Shown here: positions 29,831 to 40,055 of the stretch, one piece after another
Position numbering within the stretch: position 1 is the stretch's first letter
How the letters are laid out: each line of letters starts with the position of its first letter
Source of the DNA: an uncultured Bdellovibrionales bacterium
GTDB lineage: Bacteria > Patescibacteriota > Minisyncoccia > Moranbacterales > DUUL01
Reading direction: 5' to 3'
Length of the DNA: 64,000 nt
Assembly (NCBI GenBank): GCA_964421125.1
Contig: CAYQVD010000003.1
Coordinates: 5,779 to 69,778 of the forward strand
Program-made: the position numbers and the translations under genes
Notes under the pieces: model-generated
What the model was told of the DNA's origin: nothing
What the model saw: only the letters and a program-made list of their open reading frames with translations
The model's database searches: none

Positions 29831-30889
29831 TTAGCTTTCTAAAATAAATCTAGTCGGGATTGGTTCGTCTAAAGATTTTTTATAGTCAGATGCATTTTGG
29901 TTTTTCATTTTATATTTTCTTGGAAAAAAATGAATATTTGGGAATATCAAAGCTCCATATCCAAGAGAAGTATTGAGACTGGCGTTTGCAGGAAATTTCT
30001 TTTTCCAATAAGAGTGCTGATTTTTTTCATGCATTCCTGCTACTGTAAGACCGTTTGCCGTTATAATTTTTGGTATGTCAAAGCTCCATGTAGTCATATT
30101 ACCTTGTTGTTTTCTAGTAAAATGTTTTAATGTTTCTTTTGTATTACAAGGAAATATGAATATTGGATAAAGATTAAAAACGTCAAGATAACATAATTCA
30201 TTGATAATTCTTAATCTTCTTCCTTTTAAATTTCTAAAATTAAAATTTTCAAGAAGAGGAAACTGTTCTAAAAGCTCCTTTTGATATGTTATTGTAATAG
30301 ACCAGCCTTCACAGGATGCGCTTCTAAGAACTTTTTTAGTATTATCTTTTAATAATGGAAAAAAATTAAATAATTTAGCAGTTAAATTAGATGAATGGTA
30401 TGGAAAATTTTTCAATTCACTATAATAAGGATTTAATTTTGCATACCTGTACATTTCGTAACGATGAATTCCTATTAACCAATTAATTAACGTTAAGGTT
30501 TTCTCTGGAAAAGGCATAACAAGAGTGTACGGAACAGTTTCTTCTATGGGAAAAATTTCTCCTGGCAAAAGAAAACTTGAGTTTCTTAATGCTTCTTCTA
30601 AGAGTTCTGTAGCGTAACTCCAGCCATCTCTTATAAATTTAGCAAGAAGATTTCCCATAACTTTTCTTTCGGCTGTTAGGGAGTCCCATTTTGCACAAAA
30701 ATTAGATGGGTTCTTTGAATTTTTTACTACATTAATAGGATTTAGATAAATTGATCCACGACAAGCCTTGAAAGCTTTATTGCCAGCCAATTTTTCTGTT
30801 AAAAATTTTAGCTGTTCTTCATTGCTTGGTACATTTTTTTCTCCAGGCATTTGCTTTTCCATAGTTAATTTCTCCTTTTCAAAAGCCAT
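29831..30889 (-). CDS. Hypothetical protein (352 aa, aromatic-rich, no TM helix); isolated minus-strand gene with its own operator
   Basis: Long ORF with SD (aaaggagaaatt) and terminator; no recognisable motifs. Confidence 0.45.
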   Translation of the reverse strand: MAFEKEKLTMEKQMPGEKNVPSNEEQLKFLTEKLAGNKAFKACRGSIYLNPINVVKNSKNPSNFCAKWDSLTAERKVMGNLLAKFIRDGWSYATELLEEALRNSSFLLPGEIFPIEETVPYTLVMPFPEKTLTLINWLIGIHRYEMYRYAKLNPYYSELKNFPYHSSNLTAKLFNFFPLLKDNTKKVLRSASCEGWSITITYQKELLEQFPLLENFNFRNLKGRRLRIINELCYLDVFNLYPIFIFPCNTKETLKHFTRKQQGNMTTWSFDIPKIITANGLTVAGMHEKNQHSYWKKKFPANASLNTSLGYGALIFPNIHFFPRKYKMKNQNASDYKKSLDEPIPTRFILES

Positions 30890-30926
30890 CTGAAGCAGTA
30901 CCCTTTGGGGGATACCATGTTAATTG

Positions 30927-30953
30927 TTGATTATCAGACCATCTGATAATCAA
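30927..30953. promoter_or_regulatory. Perfect 12-3-12 palindrome TTGATTATCAGA-cca-TCTGATAATCAA, 38 bp upstream of the start of the minus-strand gene; candidate repressor operator
   Basis: Exact dyad symmetry; resembles GATAAT-type (Fur-like) half-sites. Confidence 0.5.
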
Positions 30954-31253
30954 GTATCTCCTGGGAGACATTTTTTTTCAATGTACTAATTGGTAGTTTA
31001 TTATATAATTGTATTTTAGTCAAAAAGATTTTAATGACGGGAAAGATGATTTGTGGTAAAATGTTTATGTAAAGTGTTGTAAGAATAGTATTAAGACTAA
31101 TGGATTCCTGCTTTGCGCTATTGCTAAAGCTAGGGCGACACACGGTCGTGGGAATGACAAGAATAAGAAACGGGTTTGGTATATTTATAATTTTGAAAAT
31201 TAATTAATTGGAAATTCAATGGAAATTGTGAATTAAAAATTGAAAATTTAACA

Positions 31254-31808
31254 ATGAAAATAATTGTAGGGACAAAAAATCAAAGTAAGGTGGATGCTGT
31301 TACAGAAACACTGAGAGAGTATGAAATGTTTTCTGGAGCGGAACTTAATTTTGTTTCAGTTGAATCAGGAGTTTCGGATCAACCGAAGACATTTGAGGAA
31401 TCAGTTCGAGGAGCAAAAAATCGAGCGCAAAATGCCTTTTCTTCAAAATCTGGTTGTGATTACTCTATTGGAATTGAATCAGGTCTTTTCGAAATTCCAT
31501 TGTCAGATGGGACTTTGGCTGATCTTTGTGTTTGTGTGATTTTTAATGGGGAAGATTTTTCTTATGGATTTTCCTGTGGATTTGAATTGCCAAATAATAT
31601 TTCTGACTTAATGGTAAATGACGATTTGGATATGACTCAAGCTTCAAATGAAGCAGGTTTGAGTAAAAATCCGAAACTTGGTGCTGCAGAAGGGTTGATT
31701 GGAATTTTAACGAAAGGAAGAATTAAAAGAAAAGATTACACAAAGCAAGCAATTATGACCGCGTTGATTAAATTGGAGAATAAAGAGATTTATAATTCAT
31801 CATGCTAG
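31254..31808 (+). CDS. Inosine/xanthosine triphosphatase, YjjX-like (Maf/Ham1 superfamily)
   Basis: KIIVGTKNQSKVDAV...VESGVSDQPKTFEESVRGAKNRAQNA parallels E. coli YjjX ([26 protein letters not shown]). Confidence 0.65.
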   Translation: MKIIVGTKNQSKVDAVTETLREYEMFSGAELNFVSVESGVSDQPKTFEESVRGAKNRAQNAFSSKSGCDYSIGIESGLFEIPLSDGTLADLCVCVIFNGEDFSYGFSCGFELPNNISDLMVNDDLDMTQASNEAGLSKNPKLGAAEGLIGILTKGRIKRKDYTKQAIMTALIKLENKEIYNSSC

Positions 31809-31931
31809 AAGATTTTGAATAATATGTTTTCTCCCAAAATCCCATCGGAATGGCCTGACACTCGAAAATATATTATTCAAAATCTTTGGAAACTTTTATT
31901 TAAATATCTAGGTTAGTAATTAATCAAAAAT

Positions 31932-32804
31932 ATGCCTGAATTGCCGGAGGTGCAGACAGTTGTGGATGATTTGAATAAGAAGATTAAAGGATCTTTGATT
32001 GTTGATTTTTGGACGGATTGGGCGAAATCGATTAAGAATCAGCTTGCTTTTTTTAAGAGAAAAATAAAAAATAAGAAAATTGCTGTGGTGAAACGAAGAG
32101 CAAAGAATATTTTAATTTATCTTGATGACGGACAAGTGATGTTGGTGCATTTGAAAATGACGGGGCATTTGCTTTTAAAGAGAGAAAAAGTGAGTAAAAA
32201 AGATCAGGAATTTTTTAAGGAAAGAGTTAATCAATATATTCATCATGTTTGGACATTGAAAAAAGGGAAAAGTGAAATGAAATTAGAATTTTCTGATTTG
32301 AGAAAGTTTGGAAAGATTCAGTTGTTTAAAAACGAAGAAGAGTTATTTAAGGAGAAAAATTTTGTAGCACTTGGGACGGAGCCGTTGGATGAGGGTTTTG
32401 ATTTTAAGAAGTTTGAAGAATTTTTGAATAAGAAGCCGAAAATGTTAGTGCGGAACTTTTTATTAAGTCAGAAAATTATTGCTGGTATTGGAAATATTTA
32501 TGTTTCTGAGATTATGTTTGAAGCGCGGGTTCATCCTGGGAGAATTATTAAGAGTTTAAGTAAAAAAGAAAAAAAAGATTTATTTAAGTTTACTAAAAAA
32601 ATTCTTAAAAAAGCAATTGAATTGCGAGGGACTTCCGATTCAGATTATCGAGACACGACTGGTGCGCCAGGAGGTTTTCAAAAAATCTTAAAAGTGTATA
32701 ATAGAGAAAAGGAAAAATGCAAAAGAAAAGGTTGCAATGGGATTGTTAAGCGAGAAAAATTTAATCAAAGAAGCGCTTATTTTTGTGAGGGGTGTCAGAA
32801 GTAA
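31932..32804 (+). CDS. mutM: Formamidopyrimidine-DNA glycosylase
   Basis: N-terminal MPELPEV (catalytic Pro2/Glu3), H2TH, and C-terminal zinc finger CKRKGC...CEGCQK. Confidence 0.85.
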   Translation: MPELPEVQTVVDDLNKKIKGSLIVDFWTDWAKSIKNQLAFFKRKIKNKKIAVVKRRAKNILIYLDDGQVMLVHLKMTGHLLLKREKVSKKDQEFFKERVNQYIHHVWTLKKGKSEMKLEFSDLRKFGKIQLFKNEEELFKEKNFVALGTEPLDEGFDFKKFEEFLNKKPKMLVRNFLLSQKIIAGIGNIYVSEIMFEARVHPGRIIKSLSKKEKKDLFKFTKKILKKAIELRGTSDSDYRDTTGAPGGFQKILKVYNREKEKCKRKGCNGIVKREKFNQRSAYFCEGCQK

Positions 32805-32840
32805 TTTAATAATATTTTAATAGAATAATAAAACAAAAAA

Positions 32841-34055
32841 ATGCAGAATAATATTTATAAGCCAAAACAAGAAATGTATATTAGTGGAGATGAAAAAGGA
32901 AATAGTGGCCCTTCTGGAGGAAAATCTAATTTTAAGAATGGTCTAATCTTTGTGATTGTGGTAATTGTGATTATTGGTCTTGTTTGGTTTGTTTCAAATA
33001 AATCAAAGGATGATCGACAGGGAGAATTGATAGAAATTGAAAATAATGGAAGTGCGCCGAGTCAAGAAATTTTAAATGAAGGAGAGGTAAGTCCGATTAC
33101 GGGATTAGCTTGTGAAAATTGGAATCGACGTCCAATGGCTGTTATGCAACCTTCAGATGCTCCTGCGCGTCCAGCTGCGGGGTTTTCTGATGCAGACATG
33201 GTGATTGAGATGCCAGTAATTACGGCATCGATTACGAGGCTTATGGGAATTTATATTTGTGGAAACCCAGAAGATGTTGGGTCAATGAGAAGTTCAAGAC
33301 ATGATTTTCTTCATCTTGCGAAAGGACTAGATGCAATTTATGTTCATTGGGGAGGGTCAAGTTATGCAAAAGAAAAACTCAACGAGGGAGTGATTGATAA
33401 TATTAATTGTAATGATGATGGAGGAAAGTCAGGGTCACAATGTTGTTTTAGGAAAGAAGGCATGAGTCGAGGGGTTGATTCTGGATATGCGAAGTTTGAT
33501 AAGTTGCTTGAATGCTCAGAGGATTTTGGTTACCGAATGGAAGGAGAATTTGGTGGATATGCTCATCAAGCGGATGCACCAGAAAGTGATCGTCCATTAG
33601 GAGGAAATTTAAGAGTTGGATTTGCTGGAGTTTCTGGGGTTAATTATGAATATGATAAAAAAACTAATAGTTATTTGAGATTTTGGGGTGGCGAAGAGGA
33701 TTTTGATAGAAATAATGATAAGCGTCATGCTCCAAAAAATGTCGTTGTGATGATGGCTTTATCTGAGCAGATAGCTAAGGGGGAACAGTATAATAATATT
33801 CAAATTGGTGATCCTTGGTATGACAAGACTGATTCAGGGGAGGCTTATTATTATATAAATGGTCAGCAAATAAAAGGAACTTGGAAAAAGAGTAAAACAA
33901 GAATTGATTCCAAGCTAGTATTTTCAGATCAAAATGGTAGTGATATTGAATTTGTTCCAGGACAAATTTGGGTTGAGGTTCTCGAACCAGGACAAGGATT
34001 GAAATGGCGACCAATTGAAGCTGAAACAGAAATTGAAGATGGAATAGAGGAGTAA
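32841..34055 (+). CDS. Membrane-anchored secreted protein, possibly DUF3048 (YerB-like)
   Basis: N-terminal TM; central RPMAVMQPSDAPARPAAGFSDADMVIEMPV resembles the DUF3048 core. Assigned from memory of the family only. Confidence 0.35.
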   Translation: MQNNIYKPKQEMYISGDEKGNSGPSGGKSNFKNGLIFVIVVIVIIGLVWFVSNKSKDDRQGELIEIENNGSAPSQEILNEGEVSPITGLACENWNRRPMAVMQPSDAPARPAAGFSDADMVIEMPVITASITRLMGIYICGNPEDVGSMRSSRHDFLHLAKGLDAIYVHWGGSSYAKEKLNEGVIDNINCNDDGGKSGSQCCFRKEGMSRGVDSGYAKFDKLLECSEDFGYRMEGEFGGYAHQADAPESDRPLGGNLRVGFAGVSGVNYEYDKKTNSYLRFWGGEEDFDRNNDKRHAPKNVVVMMALSEQIAKGEQYNNIQIGDPWYDKTDSGEAYYYINGQQIKGTWKKSKTRIDSKLVFSDQNGSDIEFVPGQIWVEVLEPGQGLKWRPIEAETEIEDGIEE

Positions 34056-34154
34056 AGATTAAATTCGATTTTTTATAATAACCCTCCCTAGCCCTCCTTT
34101 ATAATAAGAGAGGGGATAAAAGAGACACTGTTTAGGTTTTATAATTTTAAAGGA

Positions 34155-35114
34155 ATGGTTTATTTATTATTTGGGAAAGCGAATTTTTTGATTAAAGAGG
34201 AGCAGGAAAGAATTGTTGCTGATTTTGTTGTGAAAAATCCAGAGGCAAATATTCAAAAGTTTGATGCAGAAGAAGATTGGAATATTTTCACGGTAAAAGA
34301 ATCTATTGGACAAGGAGGTGGACTTTTTTCTTCTGAGAAATTAATTTTAATTAGAAATATTGATAAGGTGAATAAGCAGGACCAAGAGGAATTGGCAGAG
34401 CTTATTAAATTATCAATTCCGGAAGAGAGTGATAATACGATTGTTTTTACTGCAGAGAAGGCAGTGAAAAAAGAAAAGATCTTTAGAGTGCTTTTTTCAA
34501 AAGCAAAGACGGTTGAATTTAAGAATTTAACAGGGGATGTGCTCAGGAGGTGGATTATTAAGAAAGTTAATGATTTATCAGAAGGAGAGGTGAGTATTGA
34601 TAATATGGCAGTTTCTCGGCTTGAATTAATGTTTGGCAAAGATCTTTGGCAACTTGGGAATGCAATTAATGTTTTAGTTAATTTCTGCGGTGAAAAAAAG
34701 CAGATAACTAAAGCAGATGTTAATGAGGTTTGTCGAGGAAGAATTGATGTAAAGATTTTTGATTTTGTTGATGCAATTGGAGCTCGAAATAAAAGTCGAG
34801 CAATTGAATTGCTGAATTCACTTCTTAATCAGGGAGAAAGTGGTTTCTACATTCTTTCAATGATCTTATTTCAACTTCGAAATTTAGTAAAAGTTTTTTC
34901 AATTTCTAAGAATGGTCCAACTAACTCAACGATTGTGAGTAAAAAACTTTCAATTCATCCTTTTGTTGCTCAAAAAACCTTGGGGCAGTTAAATAACTTT
35001 TCTTCGGAATCTCTCAAAAAAGTTTATCAGCAAGTGGCTGATCTTGATTATCAAGCAAAGATTGGTGAAAAATCAATCGAAGATGGACTGACTGATTTTA
35101 TTGTTTCACTTTAA
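34155..35114 (+). CDS. holA: DNA polymerase III delta subunit
   Basis: N-terminal VYLLFGKANFLIKEE and overall length/pattern of HolA; weak similarity. Confidence 0.6.
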   Translation: MVYLLFGKANFLIKEEQERIVADFVVKNPEANIQKFDAEEDWNIFTVKESIGQGGGLFSSEKLILIRNIDKVNKQDQEELAELIKLSIPEESDNTIVFTAEKAVKKEKIFRVLFSKAKTVEFKNLTGDVLRRWIIKKVNDLSEGEVSIDNMAVSRLELMFGKDLWQLGNAINVLVNFCGEKKQITKADVNEVCRGRIDVKIFDFVDAIGARNKSRAIELLNSLLNQGESGFYILSMILFQLRNLVKVFSISKNGPTNSTIVSKKLSIHPFVAQKTLGQLNNFSSESLKKVYQQVADLDYQAKIGEKSIEDGLTDFIVSL

Positions 35115-35123
35115 AAAGATTAA

Positions 35124-35681
35124 ATGCAAAATATTAATCAAGAAAAAGAATTGAAGAAATTTTTCGATGATTATTTGTTGGATAAAAAAGTTGCCTTGAA
35201 GTTCATTAAAAGATTGATGAAAGGAAGGCTAACCAGAGATGAAAATCCAGAATCTCATTTTTCTACTTATTTTGCTGCTTATGATCTTAGTGCTAGGCAA
35301 ATTTTTATTGGTCTTCATAAAAAAGCTGGACTTTGGCTTTTTAATGGGGGACATATCGATAAGGGAGAATTAATAAGACAAACTTTAACTAGAGAAATTA
35401 ATGAGGAATGGGGGATTGATAGCAATGATCTTGAGATCAAATCACCAGCCTTTTTGACTATTACTGAAATTGATAATCCTAGCAAGCAATCTTGTAGAAT
35501 TCATTATGACTTGTGGCATTTTATATCAGTAGATAAAAATTATTTTAATCCAGAAAAGGAAAAATTACTACAAGAGTTTCATGAGGCTGGTTGGAAAAGT
35601 TTAAAAGAAGCTAAAGATTTAATAAGAGATAGAAATACCTTAAAGGCAATCGATTTTATTGAGAAAAATTATTTTGTTTAA
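35124..35681 (+). CDS. Nudix hydrolase
   Basis: Perfect Nudix box GHIDKGELIRQTLTREINEEWGI (GX5EX7REUXEEXGU). Confidence 0.7.
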   Translation: MQNINQEKELKKFFDDYLLDKKVALKFIKRLMKGRLTRDENPESHFSTYFAAYDLSARQIFIGLHKKAGLWLFNGGHIDKGELIRQTLTREINEEWGIDSNDLEIKSPAFLTITEIDNPSKQSCRIHYDLWHFISVDKNYFNPEKEKLLQEFHEAGWKSLKEAKDLIRDRNTLKAIDFIEKNYFV

Positions 35682-35777
35682 AAATAAAAACGGGAAATAA
35701 AAAACAAACCGCGAGGTCTGTTTTTTTGTAATAATCTTCCTGTTCCTCCTTTTATAATAAGGGGAGAGAAATTAGAG

Positions 35778-36503
35778 TTATTTTAAATTCTCCCAAAGAA
35801 GATGGAAGAGTTTTTGGTAGGATTTGATGGCGATGGCTTGTTCGATGACATAGCCGTCTTCTTTTTCAAAAAGATAGGTTTTGTCGGCAATGATAATGCT
35901 GAGAGAGTTCTTATCCTTAGAAAATTTTCTGGTTACAAAATCAAGCTCCTTACTTTTTAGAAGTTTGGCATGAATTTCATGGACTTCGATTTCACCCATT
36001 CTTGTTTTAATTTTTTTATAAACATCTGTGAGTTCCTTGGTCGGTAGAGTATTTTTAGCAGATAGAAGAACTTTAATTTTCTTGGTACTTGAGTTTGAAA
36101 GATCTTCCAGGAGGATTTTGTGACTTTGTTTTCCTGAATACATCTTGATTTCATTTTTATTGGAAAGAAGATGATATTTCCCTTGAAGAACGGAAATAAT
36201 TCTTAAGAACTCTCTTTCTTGTTCTTCAACTTTTCTTTTTTGTACTTTAAGGATTTTAAGGAAATTGTCAGGAGATCCAGCAATGTATTGACTTTTTTTG
36301 CCTTTTTGGACCTTGTTGATCAATTCTTTCTTTTCAAGGCTTTCAAGAATACGATAGACAGTCGGACGACTTAGGCCCGCTTGTTTTCCGATTTTTCCAA
36401 TACTAATATAGCCTGATTCAAGAAGAATTAAGTAAACATCGGCTTCATTTTTATTTAATCCCAATTTTCGAAGCTCAAGAGGGAGGTAATCGTATTTTTG
36501 CAT
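35778..36503 (-). CDS. TrmB-family HTH transcriptional regulator
   Basis: N-terminal winged HTH LGLNKNEADVYLILLESGYISIGKIGKQAGLSRPTVYRILESLEKKELI typical of TrmB/Lrs14-type regulators. Confidence 0.6.
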   Translation of the reverse strand: MQKYDYLPLELRKLGLNKNEADVYLILLESGYISIGKIGKQAGLSRPTVYRILESLEKKELINKVQKGKKSQYIAGSPDNFLKILKVQKRKVEEQEREFLRIISVLQGKYHLLSNKNEIKMYSGKQSHKILLEDLSNSSTKKIKVLLSAKNTLPTKELTDVYKKIKTRMGEIEVHEIHAKLLKSKELDFVTRKFSKDKNSLSIIIADKTYLFEKEDGYVIEQAIAIKSYQKLFHLLWENLK

Positions 36504-37195
36504 AAAAGTGTTGGAGTCTGTTCAAAATATCCATATTCTATTGCAAATTCCATATTTATGCTGTAAATTGTTCAAAAATCGTCAGAATATCACCGATATT
36601 CTTTCTCATTTTTCACAATTTTCGCTATAAATCTGAAATTTTCATAACGAAAGAGAAATTATGAACAGACTCTGGAACATTATTAAATTAATGTTACAAT
36701 ATTAATGATTAATAATCAACTATTTTGTTGTTTTTGTCAAGCTTTTTATATGTATGTATTTTGAAAAAAACAAAACATGTCCATTTTTTTCACTGAATTT
36801 ATATTTGCTTTTGGATGGATAGGTAGTTAAAGATAGTGACTTATTAAGTGGTTGGGTTCTTCTTTTCGATACCATTACGTTCAAAAAATGAACATGCTTT
36901 GTTTTGATGTCTTGGTGTTCAAGAATTAAGAATTGTTATACGTTCTTGGTTTATTTGTCTTTCTCTTAATGGATTCCTGTCTTCGCAGGAATGATAATGT
37001 TTTTGTTTAATAATTTGAAATTGAAAATTATTTTAAAATTAATAATTAATAATTAAAAATTAGTGTTAGGCTATTGCAAAAAATGTTTAGGCAAGGCATA
37101 ATGATTAATGAATGTAGGTATTAATAAAGACTTAAAACTGGATTCCCAATCGAGTTGGGAATGACAAGGATTATAAATATTATTTTAAATAAAAT

Positions 37196-38983
37196 ATGTT
37201 AAGAACGCATACATGCGGAGAATTGAATAAAACCAGTGAAGGTCAGGAGGTGACTTTGGCAGGTTGGGTTCATCGTAGGAGAGATCATGGAGGTATTATC
37301 TTTATTGATCTTCGGGATCGTTATGGGCTTACTCAAATTAAGTTTGATGTTTCGAATAATCCAGAAATTCAAGAAGAAGCTGAAAAATTAAGAAGTGAAT
37401 GGGTTATTCAGGTAACTGGAAAAGTCTTGAATCGTCCAGATAATATGATTAATTCAAAACTTAAAACTGGTGAGGTTGAAGTTTTTGTGGAGAAGCTTGA
37501 TATTTTGAATAAATCAAAAACGCCTCCTTTTGAGCTTGATGAAGAAAAGTCAAATGAGGCAAATGAAAATTTAAGGTTAAAATATCGGTTTATTGATTTG
37601 AGACGACCAGAATTGCAAAAACTTTTGGCTCTCAAGGCTGATTTTTTTGAACATTTGAGAAGCTATTTTAAAAAAGAAGGGTTTTTTGAAATTCAAACTC
37701 CAATTCTTGCAAATTCTTCTCCTGAGGGAGCACGAGACTTTGTGATTCCGTCACGACTTCATCCTGGAAAATTTTATGCTCTTCCGCAAGCTCCGCAGCA
37801 ATTCAAGCAATTATTAATGGTAGGAGGAGTAGATAAATACTTTCAAATTGCTCCATGTTTTCGAGATGAGGACCCAAGAATGGATCGGCATTATGGAGAG
37901 TTTTATCAACTAGATATGGAAATGAGTTTTGTTGAGCAAGAGGACGTTTTTGCAGTAATGGAGCCGGTGATGATTGAGTTGACGGAGAAATTTTCTGACA
38001 AAAAAATAGTTAACCTTGAAGAAGACGGAAGTTTCAAGAAGATTCCTTGGAAAGAGGCAATGAATAAATATGGAATAGATAAACCAGATTTGAGATTTGA
38101 TTTGGAAATTAAGCCTGTTACTGAGTTAGTGAAGGATTGTGAATTTGCAGTTTTTGCTGGTGCGGTCGAAAAAGGAGGAGTAGTTCATGCTTTAAAAGTT
38201 GATTCTGGTGCAAAATTTACTCGAAAAGAAATTGACGAACTTACTGAAATAGCAAAAGAAAAGGGTGCGAAAGGATTGGCATATATTGTCTTGGAAGAAG
38301 ATGGAAGCTTGAAGTCTCCGATTGTGAAATTTTTGGGAGAGACTCTGGTTCAAAAGATTATTACAGAAGTTGAGGCGAAGTTGGGTGATATCATTTTCTT
38401 TGGAGCAGATGAATGGAGAATCGTTTGTGAGAGTCTTGGGGCTGTTCGAAATGAATGTGCTGAAAGACTTGGTCTTAAGGATAATAAAAAAGCTGCTTGG
38501 TGCTGGATCGTTGATTTTCCAATGTATGATTATTCAGAGATTGAAGAGGGAAGAATTGATTTTGGACATAATCCATTTTCAATGCCTCAAGGAGGGATGA
38601 AAGCTTTGGAAGAAAAAAAGCCTTTGGATATTCTAGCTTATCAATATGATTTAGTAATAAATGGGTTTGAAGCTTCTAGTGGAGCGATTAGAAATCATGA
38701 TCCAGAGGCTATGTATAAAGCGTTTGAAATTGCTGGTTATTCAAAAGAAGAAGTAGACAGTCGATTCGGTGCAATGATTGAAGCATTTAAATATGGAGCA
38801 CCTCCACACGGAGGAAATGCACCTGGAATTGATCGAATCTTGATGGTTTTGCAAGACTTGAATTCTATTCGTGATATTTATGCTTTTCCAAAAGATGGGA
38901 GTGGTAAGGATTTAATGATGAATAGCCCAAGCGAGATTGATGAAAAGCAGTTAAGAGAATTGAATATAAAGAAGCTGAAATAG
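37196..38983 (+). CDS. aspS: Aspartyl-tRNA synthetase
   Basis: OB-fold N-terminus (LRTHTCGELN), class II motif 2 FRDEDPRMDRHYGEFYQLDMEMSF, motif 3 GGNAPGIDRILM, GAD insertion. Confidence 0.9.
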   Translation: MLRTHTCGELNKTSEGQEVTLAGWVHRRRDHGGIIFIDLRDRYGLTQIKFDVSNNPEIQEEAEKLRSEWVIQVTGKVLNRPDNMINSKLKTGEVEVFVEKLDILNKSKTPPFELDEEKSNEANENLRLKYRFIDLRRPELQKLLALKADFFEHLRSYFKKEGFFEIQTPILANSSPEGARDFVIPSRLHPGKFYALPQAPQQFKQLLMVGGVDKYFQIAPCFRDEDPRMDRHYGEFYQLDMEMSFVEQEDVFAVMEPVMIELTEKFSDKKIVNLEEDGSFKKIPWKEAMNKYGIDKPDLRFDLEIKPVTELVKDCEFAVFAGAVEKGGVVHALKVDSGAKFTRKEIDELTEIAKEKGAKGLAYIVLEEDGSLKSPIVKFLGETLVQKIITEVEAKLGDIIFFGADEWRIVCESLGAVRNECAERLGLKDNKKAAWCWIVDFPMYDYSEIEEGRIDFGHNPFSMPQGGMKALEEKKPLDILAYQYDLVINGFEASSGAIRNHDPEAMYKAFEIAGYSKEEVDSRFGAMIEAFKYGAPPHGGNAPGIDRILMVLQDLNSIRDIYAFPKDGSGKDLMMNSPSEIDEKQLRELNIKKLK

Positions 38984-39131
38984 AGTTAGTTTGATATTAT
39001 GAAAAAGCCTTCCTGAATGAACAGGAGAGTTTTTTATTTTATAAAAATTTTTGGAAAAGAAAAAAGCCAAGAATTTTGTTGATAAAAACTCTTGGCTTTT
39101 CGGTTGCGTTTCTTTTTCTTCCATTTTATTA

Positions 39132-39461
39132 TTACTCCTGTTTAGCGGGAAGAAGTGATTGATTGATCCAATCTGTAATAACGAGAGATCCGGTCACAAT
39201 TACTTGACCGGCGATGAGGCCAATCGCGAACCAAATTGGGCTACCAGTAGTAGCAGACATGATGATGCCAATTGATCCTCCTAGGCCAAATGTAAGAGGG
39301 GATAAAATTAGAATCATTAATGGGTGCAATAGTACCCCCATCATTTCTTTCAGAGTCAGTCTTTCTGCTTTTTTTTGTGACATGGCATACCTCCCTTTGT
39401 GGTTGATTTCAAGTTGCTTCATTTGAAATCGAAGCATAGCATGGGTATTTTTATTTGTCAA
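39132..39461 (-). CDS. Small hypothetical membrane protein (2-3 TM helices)
   Basis: Hydrophobic 109-aa ORF; weak evidence only. Confidence 0.3.
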   Translation of the reverse strand: MTNKNTHAMLRFQMKQLEINHKGRYAMSQKKAERLTLKEMMGVLLHPLMILILSPLTFGLGGSIGIIMSATTGSPIWFAIGLIAGQVIVTGSLVITDWINQSLLPAKQE

Positions 39462-39553
39462 GTTTGTCCGGGGTGGTTTAACACTTATTTATGATAAAAA
39501 GGCTTATGTAATGGGGTAAAAAGATGCTTGTGGATAACTTGTTTCATGGGGGC

Positions 39554-39582
39554 TTGACAACTTGAAATGGATATGATATAAA
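39554..39582 (+). promoter_or_regulatory. Strong sigma70-type promoter P2: GGGGC-TTGACA-17-TGaTATAAA (extended -10); paralog of P1
   Basis: The core box GGGGCTTGACAA matches P1 at 12 of 12 positions. Confidence 0.55.
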
Positions 39583-40055
39583 GAGTGTAATAAATATTAA
39601 TGTAGATAAACAGGAAATTTAGTTGGACGTAAAAGTACTTTGTTATTTCGAATGTAGTTGAGAAATCTTTATTTAAAGGGGACTAAATAAAGACTGTAAG
39701 AAGCAGAAAGATCTTTCGACTACGCTCAGGACGACAGAGCGTCGAATTATATGAACAATATACCGATAAAAATAAAAATCGAGACATACGATACACTACC
39801 AAATGTTCCGGGTTTGATGTTGTTCGAATCTGGTTCTGAAGTTGAAAATTTAGTAGCAAAAACAAAACCGACAATTTTTTAATGTTGGTTTTTGTTAAAT
39901 TGAAGTCCCGGAATTAGTTTTTTTATGAAAATTAGCCTGGCACTTTGAAAAACACAACGTTTGAAAAAACGTTTATACATATATCATACTGAATCAAAAA
40001 ATTAAGATTTTGCAAATAAACTTTCCTCTGCGATGAGGAGAAAGGACGTGATGAT

